Both the position numbers and the translations under genes were made by a program. From IMG/VR virus record IMGVR_UViG_3300031659_000012, positions 1-52,792 of that record: 52,792 nucleotides of DNA; one strand, given 5' to 3'. This document shows, in pieces, positions 1 through 10,400 of the stretch. The stretch's first letter is position 1. Each line of letters starts with the position of its first letter. The DNA is from a virus. Its lineage: Duplodnaviria > Caudoviricetes. The notes under the pieces are model-generated. The model was not told where the DNA came from. It did no database searches and saw nothing but the letters and a program-made list of their open reading frames with translations.

Positions 1-794
1 CCGCTATATCAGATGCTTTAGCAGGGCTTGAAAATATTAGCACTGAAGAGGTGCAAGGTGTTGTTGACGACACAGTGGCAGAACTTACTGGTGATGTGGC
101 GGGGCTTACGGGTGATGTGGCGGGGCTTACTGGCGATGTAGATGCACTGAGTAATGACTTATCTGCTTTAGGGTTAGACCTTGATGAGGTAGCGAAGTTT
201 GTTGGTAAACCTGCGCGTAATGTTACAGAAACAGACGTTGACTTTGTAATTGATGCAATAGCGCAGGGGAATGTCAACGCGGAGTTAACAGCGCAGTATG
301 ATGTTACTGGAGACGGTATCGTTGACATACTAGACCAAAACCTGTTAACCGATACACTACAGGGTACTACTGACACTCCCCTTGCGGATACGTCTATGTT
401 TAATCCAGCCACAGGTCTTTACTTGCAGGCGGACCAAAATACGCAGGCTACGTTGGACGCCGCTGCCGACATGAACCAAGACATGAACCAAGATTTTGTT
501 ATGCAAATGGATAGAAACAACAAACAGCAGAATGTAAATCAACTTGCTGAAATGCTAGCAGGGGCTAACGATATAGGTGGACGGCAAGTAGTGACTACAC
601 CGGGAGATAAGGCACAGATAGATTACCTGTACGATATTAGCGGGGACAACATATTCGCTACGGAGGAACAAGCGGGGCTGTTTGGAAGTCCGTACGGCAC
701 AAAGCGTGGTCCAACAGGTGCTGGTAACCTTGCACAGGGTGGACAAGTTGAAGACGAAAATGGTAGACTACTAAGATTACTTGGAGAATTGTAA
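1..794 (+). CDS. 5'-truncated acidic virion/internal protein with heptad repeats and a dockerin/EF-hand-like Ca-binding motif
   Basis: Frame is open from position 3, upstream of the GTG at 51, so the gene starts before the window. Contains three LTGDVAG-like repeats, YDVTGDGIVDILD and a C-terminal LAQGG motif. Stop overlaps the next ATG (TAATG). Confidence 0.7.
   Translation, partial: AISDALAGLENISTEEVQGVVDDTVAELTGDVAGLTGDVAGLTGDVDALSNDLSALGLDLDEVAKFVGKPARNVTETDVDFVIDAIAQGNVNAELTAQYDVTGDGIVDILDQNLLTDTLQGTTDTPLADTSMFNPATGLYLQADQNTQATLDAAADMNQDMNQDFVMQMDRNNKQQNVNQLAEMLAGANDIGGRQVVTTPGDKAQIDYLYDISGDNIFATEEQAGLFGSPYGTKRGPTGAGNLAQGGQVEDENGRLLRLLGEL
84..146 (+). repeat. 21-bp in-frame tandem repeat x3 (LTGDVAG heptads)
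   Basis: cttactggtgatgtggcgggg / cttacgggtgatgtggcgggg / cttactggcgatgtagatgca. Confidence 0.85.
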
Positions 795-1480
795 TGGCAA
801 GCTGGTTAGATGGTTTAATTAAAAATTTTACAGGGTCCGATGGGAACACTGACTTGCTCCGAGGACTTGTTACCGCTGGTGGTTCATACGCGTTGGACCA
901 ATCAGGTCTTTTTGATGCCGATATACAAAAAACAGGTTACCAAGGTAGTATTCCTAACTACACAGCACAGCGCGATGTAGTGCAGGGCACGTATGACCCC
1001 AATAGGCGTGCAGGGAGCGGCGGACAGCGGTATTTTACAGACACGCAATTCCAGCCTGCGGGTGCAGCCCCTGCCGCGCCGATGTCTGCTCAAGGTCTAC
1101 AAGCTCTGAACGCAGCAAACCCCGCGCAGCAAAGACGCCCCGGAGGTCCAAGAGTACCTTTAAACCCTATAGAAACAGCTATCCCCTCACAGAATATGGC
1201 TGCTGGCGGTATAGCACAGCTTAAAAAAGGTCAGTATCTAGCTGGCGCAACAGACGGTATGGCTGATAAAATACCTGCGTCTATCGAAGGTGAGCAAGAA
1301 GCGCGGTTGAGTGACGGCGAGTTCGTTATCCCTGCTGATGTAGTAAGTCACCTCGGCAACGGTAACTCCGATGCAGGCGCGAAAGTATTAAAAGAAATGA
1401 TGAGCCGCGTACGTAAAGTTCGTACGGGGAACGAAAAACAGGGTAAAGAAATTGACCCTAAAAAATTCTTACCAGCGTGA
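794..1480 (+). CDS. Putative internal virion protein
   Basis: 228 aa, RBS GGAG upstream. Contains MAAGG and GMADKIPA...ARLSDGEFVIPADVV, resembling the SDSIPARLSNGEFV motif of tape-measure/ejection proteins. Confidence 0.7.
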   Translation: MASWLDGLIKNFTGSDGNTDLLRGLVTAGGSYALDQSGLFDADIQKTGYQGSIPNYTAQRDVVQGTYDPNRRAGSGGQRYFTDTQFQPAGAAPAAPMSAQGLQALNAANPAQQRRPGGPRVPLNPIETAIPSQNMAAGGIAQLKKGQYLAGATDGMADKIPASIEGEQEARLSDGEFVIPADVVSHLGNGNSDAGAKVLKEMMSRVRKVRTGNEKQGKEIDPKKFLPA

Positions 1481-1488
1481 GGTAGATT

Positions 1489-2391
1489 ATGGCACTTGCA
1501 CCAACACCAATAGCTTCTACGGCTACACAGGACACTATGGATGGTAATAGTAGTATCGTCGGCAACGTAACGGGTAAAGAATCTAACCTATCTAACTGGG
1601 CAGGTGAATACGTCACCGACATGCTAGGCCAAGGTAAAGCGCTGGGTGAACAAGGTTACGACGCTTATATGGGGCCGTTAACTGCGGGGGAATCAAATTT
1701 ACAAACCCAAGCGTTTGAAGGTATCGGCGGACTTGCGCTTCCAACAGACCAGATGGGCGTTAGTGGGTATCAAGACCAGACATTTACTGGGGATATCGCA
1801 CAGCAGTACATGAACCCCTACTTGCAAGCCTCGCTAGACCCACAAATTGCAGCGGCGCGTAGGCAGTCTGAGATTGACCGCGTTAATAATGCGTCACGTA
1901 TGACACGCGCTGGGTCATTTGGTGGGTCACGTCAAGCTGTTATGGACGCAGAAAACCAAGGTAACCTACAAAGAAACCTAGCGGGTATTACCGGCCAAGG
2001 GTACGCCGACGCGTACAGTCAAGGCTTGAACCAGTTTAACACCGAACGCGGACGCGCTGCACAAAATCAAGACAGTATCAACTTATACGGCAGCACTGGC
2101 CTACAAGGGCTTGCGGATATGGGTAGTGTGCAACGGGGTATCGAATCTGAAGGCGTACAAGCAGATCGTTTGCAATTCGAGGAAGAGCGCGATTTTCCGT
2201 ACAAGCAGGTGCAGTATATGCAGTCGCTATTGCAGGGGCTACCTATTGAGGCGCAGTCTGTAAATTACGCACAACCCAGCCAACTGTCTGAAATTTTGTC
2301 GGGCACAGGTGGGCTTGGATCGTTATATGATACTATCTTTGGCGGCGGCAGTTCTAGTACAGCCCCAGTAGCCGCTAATTCAGGAAAATAG
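1489..2391 (+). CDS. Putative DNA ejection/pilot (internal virion) protein
   Basis: 300 aa, GAGG RBS. Gln/Gly/Ala-rich with YMNPY...AGSFGGSR motif typical of marine podovirus ejection proteins. Confidence 0.65.
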   Translation: MALAPTPIASTATQDTMDGNSSIVGNVTGKESNLSNWAGEYVTDMLGQGKALGEQGYDAYMGPLTAGESNLQTQAFEGIGGLALPTDQMGVSGYQDQTFTGDIAQQYMNPYLQASLDPQIAAARRQSEIDRVNNASRMTRAGSFGGSRQAVMDAENQGNLQRNLAGITGQGYADAYSQGLNQFNTERGRAAQNQDSINLYGSTGLQGLADMGSVQRGIESEGVQADRLQFEEERDFPYKQVQYMQSLLQGLPIEAQSVNYAQPSQLSEILSGTGGLGSLYDTIFGGGSSSTAPVAANSGK

Positions 2392-2401
2392 GAGCGCAAT
2401 A

Positions 2402-4414
2402 ATGGCTTTAGGTGATGGTGGGTTAGACGCTCAAGTAGAACAACGCATGGATACCTACCGAGGTAATCCAGCGCAACTGCAGAAACGTTATGGACAGAGC
2501 AAAGAGCTTCTGGACCTGCTAGCCCTGCAGAAATTGACCCGCGAAAAGAAAGAAGTAGCGGCGGCTATGCAGCTTGAGCAGTCGCAGCAACCGGGGACTA
2601 TTGCCGAGCAGCGTGAAGCGGAAGCCCTAGAACTAGTAAAACAAGAACAAGCGGGCGGGCTTGCCGACCTGCAGTCCCGTACAAAAGATACACTTGACCA
2701 AAAGCAGAAGATGCAGGGCAAGGGTATGCAAAAAATAGCGCAGGGGGCTGGTCGGCCACCACAACAAGCTGGTGGTCTTGCTGGATTAACAGGGGGGCAA
2801 CCGGCACGTCCTCCTATGCCACCACAGGGTGGCCCTCAAGCTGCGGGACTTGCTAACGCGCGTATGATGCAGGCTGCTAACGGTGGTCCCGTCCGTCGTA
2901 TGGCTGGAGGTGGTATTGTTGGTTTCGCTGGTGACGACGGGAACAACCAAGTTAAAGTTGGTAGCTCCGTACAAGAACGTATTAACGAACTTGGGATCAG
3001 TGCGGACGATTTTGCGGCTATGCCCGAAGCGCAGCGGAAAAGTGTTTTAGATTCTATAAATGACCGTGCCAGCTTAGGCCAATTTGGTTCAGGAACCAAA
3101 AATATACCCGCAGCTTTATACGACCTGTTAATAACGAACCCCATAGCAGGTTTTAAAAACATAGGCACTGATATATCAGAATCGCGTATTGGGGCTATGT
3201 TAGGACTATCTGACCCCACTACTGGCTCTGCGGAACGTGCGCCAACATTTGAAACTTTGACTGGAGTGCAGGATGAAATAGCGGACAACGAAGCAGGCTT
3301 AGACGAAAAAGGATTAAAGAGTTTATTGCCTCCGGGAGTCGAAGCGTTTGGGGGACCAGATGTTCCTGTTGTAATACCTCCCACTGTAGACCCAGTCGTT
3401 GATCCAGTCGTTGATCCAGTCGTTGATCCAGTCGTTGATCCAGTGGTAGAATCAGAAGTAGAAACAGCGGAAGCACCTCCTGCTCTGCCCGATGCAATTC
3501 AAACGATTGACCAAATAGATGCAACTCCTATGGATTCAGTCAATGATATGTCTGGCGATGTTGCACTGCGCAAGGGTACAGCTTTCTCAGATGATTACTT
3601 GAACCGTGATGCAAATAACCAGTCTTTCGAGGACATGAAAACTCGCATGTCAGAGTTTGACAAGGAGAACTACAGCCCGAATGAAGACCTCAACAACTTC
3701 TTAATCGGTATGGGCGGCACAGGTTCTATGGGCGAGGCCATGAAAGGCGGCAAAGCCGCTATGGATAAGAGCAAAACAAACCGCCGTAACCGTATGGTAG
3801 ACGAGTTCCTGATGGAAGAAAGCCGTATGGATATGGACGCGGGCCTTGGGAAAGCTGGTCTTATATTAGGCACAAGTATGAGCAAAGACGCTCAACTAAA
3901 TGAACGCAATATGATAACTGTTTTTAATAGCATGACCGAGAAACAAATGGACATCGCAGCGAAAGACGCGGACAGGATCGCAGCGCGAGAAGCAAACCTA
4001 CTTATCTCTGCCGATAAGAAATTACAAAGACACATTGATCTTTTGACGGTAAAAAACCAAAGTATCCAAATAAAACAAAAAGCTGCTACACAAGTTTTAA
4101 CTGAAATTAACATTACGCGTGACGCGCTACGTCTAGCTGAAGAAACAACTGGGCCAGAAAGTGAAGCGCTACGGAACGCAGGTGATGAACTGGCGGACGC
4201 AATCGAGGATGGTGCCCCAAGGCGTATTGCTGGTGCCCAAGCGGAAGTTGCGGCGATTAGAGCTAGAATTTACGCTGCGGTAGAAAACGTATTAAACCAA
4301 CCAAACGATGCTGGTCAGAACCGTCTTGAGCTTGAAACTTTGGCAAATCAAGTTTTCCAAGATACGTTATCCATGCCGACATTATCTGGAAATATAAGTG
4401 GTTTTAGAGAGTAG
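2402..4414 (+). CDS. Putative internal virion/ejection protein
   Basis: 670 aa, AGGAG RBS. Helical, with AANGG/MAGGG motifs and a VDPV repeat linker. Lies in the ejection gene block. Confidence 0.65.
   Translation: MALGDGGLDAQVEQRMDTYRGNPAQLQKRYGQSKELLDLLALQKLTREKKEVAAAMQLEQSQQPGTIAEQREAEALELVKQEQAGGLADLQSRTKDTLDQKQKMQGKGMQKIAQGAGRPPQQAGGLAGLTGGQPARPPMPPQGGPQAAGLANARMMQAANGGPVRRMAGGGIVGFAGDDGNNQVKVGSSVQERINELGISADDFAAMPEAQRKSVLDSINDRASLGQFGSGTKNIPAALYDLLITNPIAGFKNIGTDISESRIGAMLGLSDPTTGSAERAPTFETLTGVQDEIADNEAGLDEKGLKSLLPPGVEAFGGPDVPVVIPPTVDPVVDPVVDPVVDPVVDPVVESEVETAEAPPALPDAIQTIDQIDATPMDSVNDMSGDVALRKGTAFSDDYLNRDANNQSFEDMKTRMSEFDKENYSPNEDLNNFLIGMGGTGSMGEAMKGGKAAMDKSKTNRRNRMVDEFLMEESRMDMDAGLGKAGLILGTSMSKDAQLNERNMITVFNSMTEKQMDIAAKDADRIAAREANLLISADKKLQRHIDLLTVKNQSIQIKQKAATQVLTEINITRDALRLAEETTGPESEALRNAGDELADAIEDGAPRRIAGAQAEVAAIRARIYAAVENVLNQPNDAGQNRLELETLANQVFQDTLSMPTLSGNISGFRE
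3386..3445 (+). repeat. 12-bp tandem repeat x5 encoding (VDPV)5
   Basis: gtagacccagtc followed by four gttgatccagt(c/g) units. Confidence 0.9.
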
Positions 4415-4426
4415 AGAACAACTAAC

Positions 4427-7400
4427 ATGGGTATTTACACGCTAGACCTCGACGATGGTTCTCAAATTGAAGTAGAAGCTCCCCGAGATACTCCTCTCCG
4501 AGAACTGTTAACGATAGCCGCTCAACAACGCGTTGAAGCTAGTAAACCCGCTCTTGTGGAACGGCAAGGGGAGAGACAGGCAAAGATAGACAAACGATTA
4601 GCGACGGAAGTTGTAGGTGGTAGGGATGCCAACACTGCGATTGGACGTGGTATTGGTCGTGGTATTGACTCCTTGCAACAAAACCTTGGGTCCGCAACAG
4701 AGGGTATAGGGAGTGTCTTAGGGCTTGAAGGTCTTGAGAAATTTGGTTCTGAGATTGCGCTTAATAACGAAGCTGAATTACAACGCGCGGAACGGTTCTC
4801 CACAAGGCTAAGTGATGTTGACGGTGTTGGTAGTGGTCTGAGCGCAGCGGGGGAGCTAGTAGGTGAGTCTGCTCCACAAATGGCACAGGTTGCCGCGGGT
4901 GCCGCCGCTGGTGCCGCTTATGGTGGTGGTGCTGGTGCCGCTTTCTTTGGTATCGGAGCAGCCCCCGGAGCGGCCATAGGCGCTGTTGTTGGTGGCGCAT
5001 TAGCTGCGATCCCCTTGTTCTTTGGGGGAAACCGCGAACGGCAAATATCCGCTGCTGAGGGGGATCGTACTGGGGTTAATGAAGGCGCTGCGTTCCTTAC
5101 AGCCGTACCACAGGCACTTATGGATTCGATCTTTACTATGTTGGGCGCAAAATATGTTCTTGGGCCACTCGCAAAAGCTGCACCGGCAGGCCAAGGGCTG
5201 TTTACACGCGCTGCTAAAGGCGCTGGCGTCGGTGCCGCTACAGAGATACCTACTGAGATTGGGCAAGCTGTCCTTGAACGTGCGCAAGCGGGCCTCTCTA
5301 TAACAAGTGCGGAAGCCCTGCGAGAGTATGGTGAAGCTGGTTTAGCCGCAGGTCTACTAGGTGGTGGTCTCGGTGGTCTCGGTGGAGCAGCTAGACGTGC
5401 CGGCGTTCCAGAAGCAGAGCCAGAAGCCTTACTACAATTACCGGCACCTAGCGCAGCAGAACTTGGTAGCCCCGTCACGCAAACAGAACCGTTACAGATT
5501 ACCGATCAGCCCCCGCAGTTGCAGATTACAGGCCCAGATGATCTTGGTATTCAGTTAGACGCTGGAACAGGCCAAGCTACCACGAGGGATCAAAGAATAG
5601 AAACTGGCGAACAAGGTTTAGCAGGTCTTGTAGCCGAGAACGAAAAAACTAAGGCGACTGCAAAGAGGACTACAGAACTTGTAGAACAAGCTAAAGCCGA
5701 GTTACAGAACGACGGGTCAATAACTCCCGCAACTTTCCGCGCTTTAAAAGACAGCCCGATAAACCAAGTTAAAGCTGAACTAGAAAATACACAGTACCAA
5801 CCACTATTGAGTTTGATAGAAGGTTCCCCTGTTGATAAACGACCTCTCGGCACTAAACCCGAAGAGTTTACTCCTCCACAGGGTGTACAGAATAAAGAAC
5901 GTCTGGCTAAAGCTGTAGCAGATGCAAAAAGTGGCGTTGGCGCAGTTGCGGGTAAACAAGACACCGAGATTAAAGCAGACCTTGCTAGGGAACAAACGCA
6001 AGACACTAGCGCTAAGTTACGTAGGTCCGCAGCGGATCAGTTAGATGCAGATACAGACAGCCTTATAGCCGAGCTTGACCGAACTGGCAGCGACACACGT
6101 ACTCAGGCTCAAACTGACTTGCAGAAAGCATCCGCACTGGAAACAGTGGAAGGCCAGCGCGATACTGGTCGGGCAAAGCAGTCTGAGGCTACGCGCACGA
6201 AGATACTACAGGATACAGTAGCCAACGCAGGTGATCTTAAACAGCCAGCGGCTTTGCAGCGTGCATTTGAATCCGCATTGACCGCTGCAGGTATAGGAAA
6301 AGCCACAGCTACACCTGCCGAAGTCGCTAGTATAGAAAAAGCGTCTGCTATTATAGTCGCCAAAGCTCCTGATAGGGTTACTGCTGACATGGCACCTGCG
6401 CCTTTACCTGCAGTGGTAGACCCACGCCAAACTGCTATGGAAGCGGAGGTCGCTCCTAAACCTGTAGAGCCAATACAGCAATCCCTCCCCACACTAGGGC
6501 GTAAACGCGATTTTGGTACTGCACCTGCGCAGGAGACTACTGCAGAAACAACTGTAGAGCCAAAGATTGTAGACGCTGCGCTGTTTGACAAGCTGGGCGT
6601 GCCGCCGTCTGCCCCCATTCGTAAACGTGTTATGGGTAAAGACTTTAACGACACAGAAGTACGACAACAGTTTGCTACACTGGCAGGGAACAAGAATACT
6701 TCTGCTACAGTAAAAACAAAAATAAACCGAGAGCTTCAAGCTACCTCCGAAGCACAATTAGATTTACCATTTGCTAAAACAAGGGCAACGGCAAAGGAGA
6801 AAAAACCCGATGTCAAAACTGCAGAAATTAAGCCAAAAACAAGTAGAGACCGCGTTCCAACTCCTAAGTCAAATGTGGGAAGCAAGTCCGCAGCAGCAGT
6901 TCCTATCGCTACCACTACCGCGAAAAGTCCCAAAAAACCTACAGCACCTAGAACTAGCGGAGTGGGAAGCCCTGTCGTGGAGTCTGGATCAACTGCAGGA
7001 GCAACAAGAACAAAGTCAGATACACTAGAACGTTCTTTAAGTCGTGATGCTGCCCCCGGAAAACAAACCGCGAAAACACCAGCACAACCAATTCCTGCCG
7101 AGTTAAAAGAAGCAAAAGCAAAACGTGTTGCCGCTGAAAAAGCAACTACGCCTAGAGAAAGTTTAAAGTTTGCAGATCAAAAATCTGACGCGGCTACGAA
7201 AGCTCGTGCGGAAACAGTAAAGACTAAAGAAGCCGACGCAAAACAAGAGGCTATTTTCGCCGCGCAAGATGCGGTTATTCAAAGGCAAGGCAACGCGGAT
7301 TCAGATTTAACCGCTCCGCAAGCGCCTATAACCGCGAGTGATAAAAACAAAATACTTAAACTAGCGGAATCCAAACGGACAAGCGCCCCACGTTCGCGAC

Positions 7401-10400
7401 TTGCCAACGCAGTACAAAAATACTTTAATCAGTACCCTACGTTCACCGCCGCCTTAGACGCGATTATATACGATGTAAGTATGCAAATTCCTACTAGGAA
7501 AAAAGACGCTATCGAATACAAAGACAACGCTGACTTATCGCAGTTCTACACTGCGGACAAAGACAATAATCTACCTTCTATGGGCAGAGATAGCGCCCGT
7601 AAGATTACTGATTGGCTAACTTCTAAAGAGGCAAACATGTCTGTTGAGTTACAGAAATACGTAACAACAGAACTACAAAAAGGGAGTCAAGCTCGTGTTT
7701 CGCAGGCTAACTACCTAGCTGGAGACAGAGTAGTAAAAGCACGGTCAAAGTTAACCCCTGAAGAATTGGCGGATTTGGAAGTTATTAGCAACGAAGATTT
7801 CAACTTACCCGCAGAATTTGCAATAGACACACCGCTGCGTCCTTCTGTAAAAGCTGCCATCCTTGAGGGTGACTTAACGGGAGCGTTAAACGCACTCCGG
7901 TTTACTGCAGGATCAAAAGACATCGCACTTTTAGCAAAACGTCTTATGGAAAATATAGGTAATACAAAACTTATAACTAAAAAGAATCTTAAAACTGACG
8001 ATGGTTCTACACGTTTGGCAGGTTACTTTGATCCTGAGACCAACACGATAGCGCTAGACGAAAAAGCTGGTATCAATGCGCACACGCTGCTCCACGAAAT
8101 GTTGCACGCGGTTACGTCCGCTACAATAGCTAACAAGTCACACCCGCTAACCAAAAAATTAAACAGGATATTTGAGGGTGTTAAGGAGCAGTTGGCTGGA
8201 GAGTACGGTGTAACTAACTTAGACGAGTTCGTAGCAGAGGCTTTTGCTAACCCCGACTTCCAGACACAGTTAAAAACTACCACAGTAAACGGGGGCAACC
8301 CATTTCTTCGGTTAGTACGAGACATAGCTAATTACGTACGTACTTTCTTCGGACGCCCTACTGTATCTGAAACTTCTACATTTGATGCAGTGGACAAGCT
8401 GGTGCAGGAGATAATTGCACCGACTTACGATGGGCGGGCGGCTACTAAAATATACATGGAGGCTCAAACACCTAAAGGCGCGGCAGGAGTTATAAACAAT
8501 ATAGGCACCGCACCCAACGCTGTTAAAGTTACCACTAAAAAAGCGATGTACGACTATATACAAGAAGGTAGGAACTGGATGGGTAGCAAAGTGCCACTAC
8601 CCGCTAAGAAAGTATGGCTGAACTTACAACCTGTTAACATCTTAACAGCATTGTCGGAGTCACGTATCCCCAGAGCTAGTGAGCTTAACACCATAATAAA
8701 CAATATGAGTGCGGCCTTGCGCGGCAGGAATGAATCACTAGACCCGATTGTTAACGATCTGAGAGCCTTTAGAAAAAAATCGCCCAAGCTATACACCATC
8801 CTGCAATCTATGGTGCCTAACGCATCTAAAGAACGTATTGATCCACGCGAAGCTAACTTTGAAAAAGCCTACGGGCGCAAAGAGGGCGAAGAAGGTTATG
8901 ATCTAGTTAGAGCTAGGGAAGTCCACAAAAAACTTCGGGCGCAGTACGAAAGTTTAGCCGTTAAAAACGCGGATGGTACTGTAGATGCCACGGGGCAGAA
9001 GCTGTACAAAATTATAACCAACAACTTTGAGAAATCTTTGAACGACGTCATGGGTGCAATAGAAACAAACCTAGCGGCCACCATAGGGGACGTTACGGCG
9101 CGGAAGAGGGCAAGAGACAAACTGGCCGAGCTTTTGAACCGAGAGCGTGGGCGTATTAAACCGTTTGCTCCACTCACACGTTTTGGACCGCACCGTCTGG
9201 AGTACAACGCTCTCGACCCTGAAACAAACCAACCCGAAATGTTTGTAGAATATTTTAAAACAAGGGGACAGCTAGAGAAAGCCAAAGTAAAAGTTTTAGA
9301 ATACAACAAAAATTCGTTAGCTAAACTTCCCGCAAACGACCCAAGACGGGCGTATATCGTTGATAAAGCTGGTAACCCCGTTGGAATGCACGACGGTAAA
9401 GCCTCTGAGGTACGGGACTTTAGTGGCGCACCAAAAACCTCGTTTGTTTATGAGGTACTCCAAATATTAAATGCCAATGGCGCGGACAAGGCAACAGTTG
9501 ACCGTGTTGTAAACCTCGCCATTGACTCCATGCCAGAGCGTTCGTTTATGCAGTCGTTCCAAAAACGTAAAGACGTTCGTGGTTTCTTAGGAGATGTTAC
9601 TCCTACAGGGATGGCCGCAGAGGCATACGACCTTATAGATATGGTTCAGACCAAAGGACGTGATTACAACCGTCAACTTGTGCAGATGGAGTTTGGTGCC
9701 CAGCTAGAAATATTCCAACGCGATGTCTTAGGACTAGACGCAAAGAGAACAGACCCAACTACGATGTTGTACCGAGACAGGTTGGACCTAATTGTTAACT
9801 TCGCCAAGAGTCCTAATATCCCACGGTGGTCTCAATCACTCACGGCTGCAGGGTACGCATGGACTATGGGTTGGAACTTGTCTTCCGCTGCCATTACCAC
9901 CTTCGACGTGTTTATGAGTACGGCTCCACGCCTCATGGGCCGGTACGGTGACAGGGCTACTTTTAGGGCTATGGGTGCGGCTACATCTATTCTAGCGAAA
10001 AGTCCAAAAACTAAAATGGTTGCCGTAATGGACGAAAATGGCAACATGACCAAACGCAAAGTCAACACTGGGATGGCAGGGTTTTCTATAGGTAACTACG
10101 ACTTCAGTGACCCCGACCTCGACCCCAGAATAAAAGATTTAGAAATACTAGCCGAAGTTGCTACAGAGAACGCACAGATAAACCAGTCCTTGAACCAAGA
10201 AGAACTGGATATGAACAACGCTAAAGATGTTTTAGAGAAGATAAACTCTTTTACAAGTTTCTTGTTCCACCACTCCGAGCGTTACAACCGCGAAGTTGCA
10301 ATGACTGCTAACTACATGCTTGAAGTAGACCGCATGAAAGCAAAGAAGGGTAGCGCACTTACAGACCTCGAAAAACGTGAAGCCGCTGCAGTTGCCGTTA

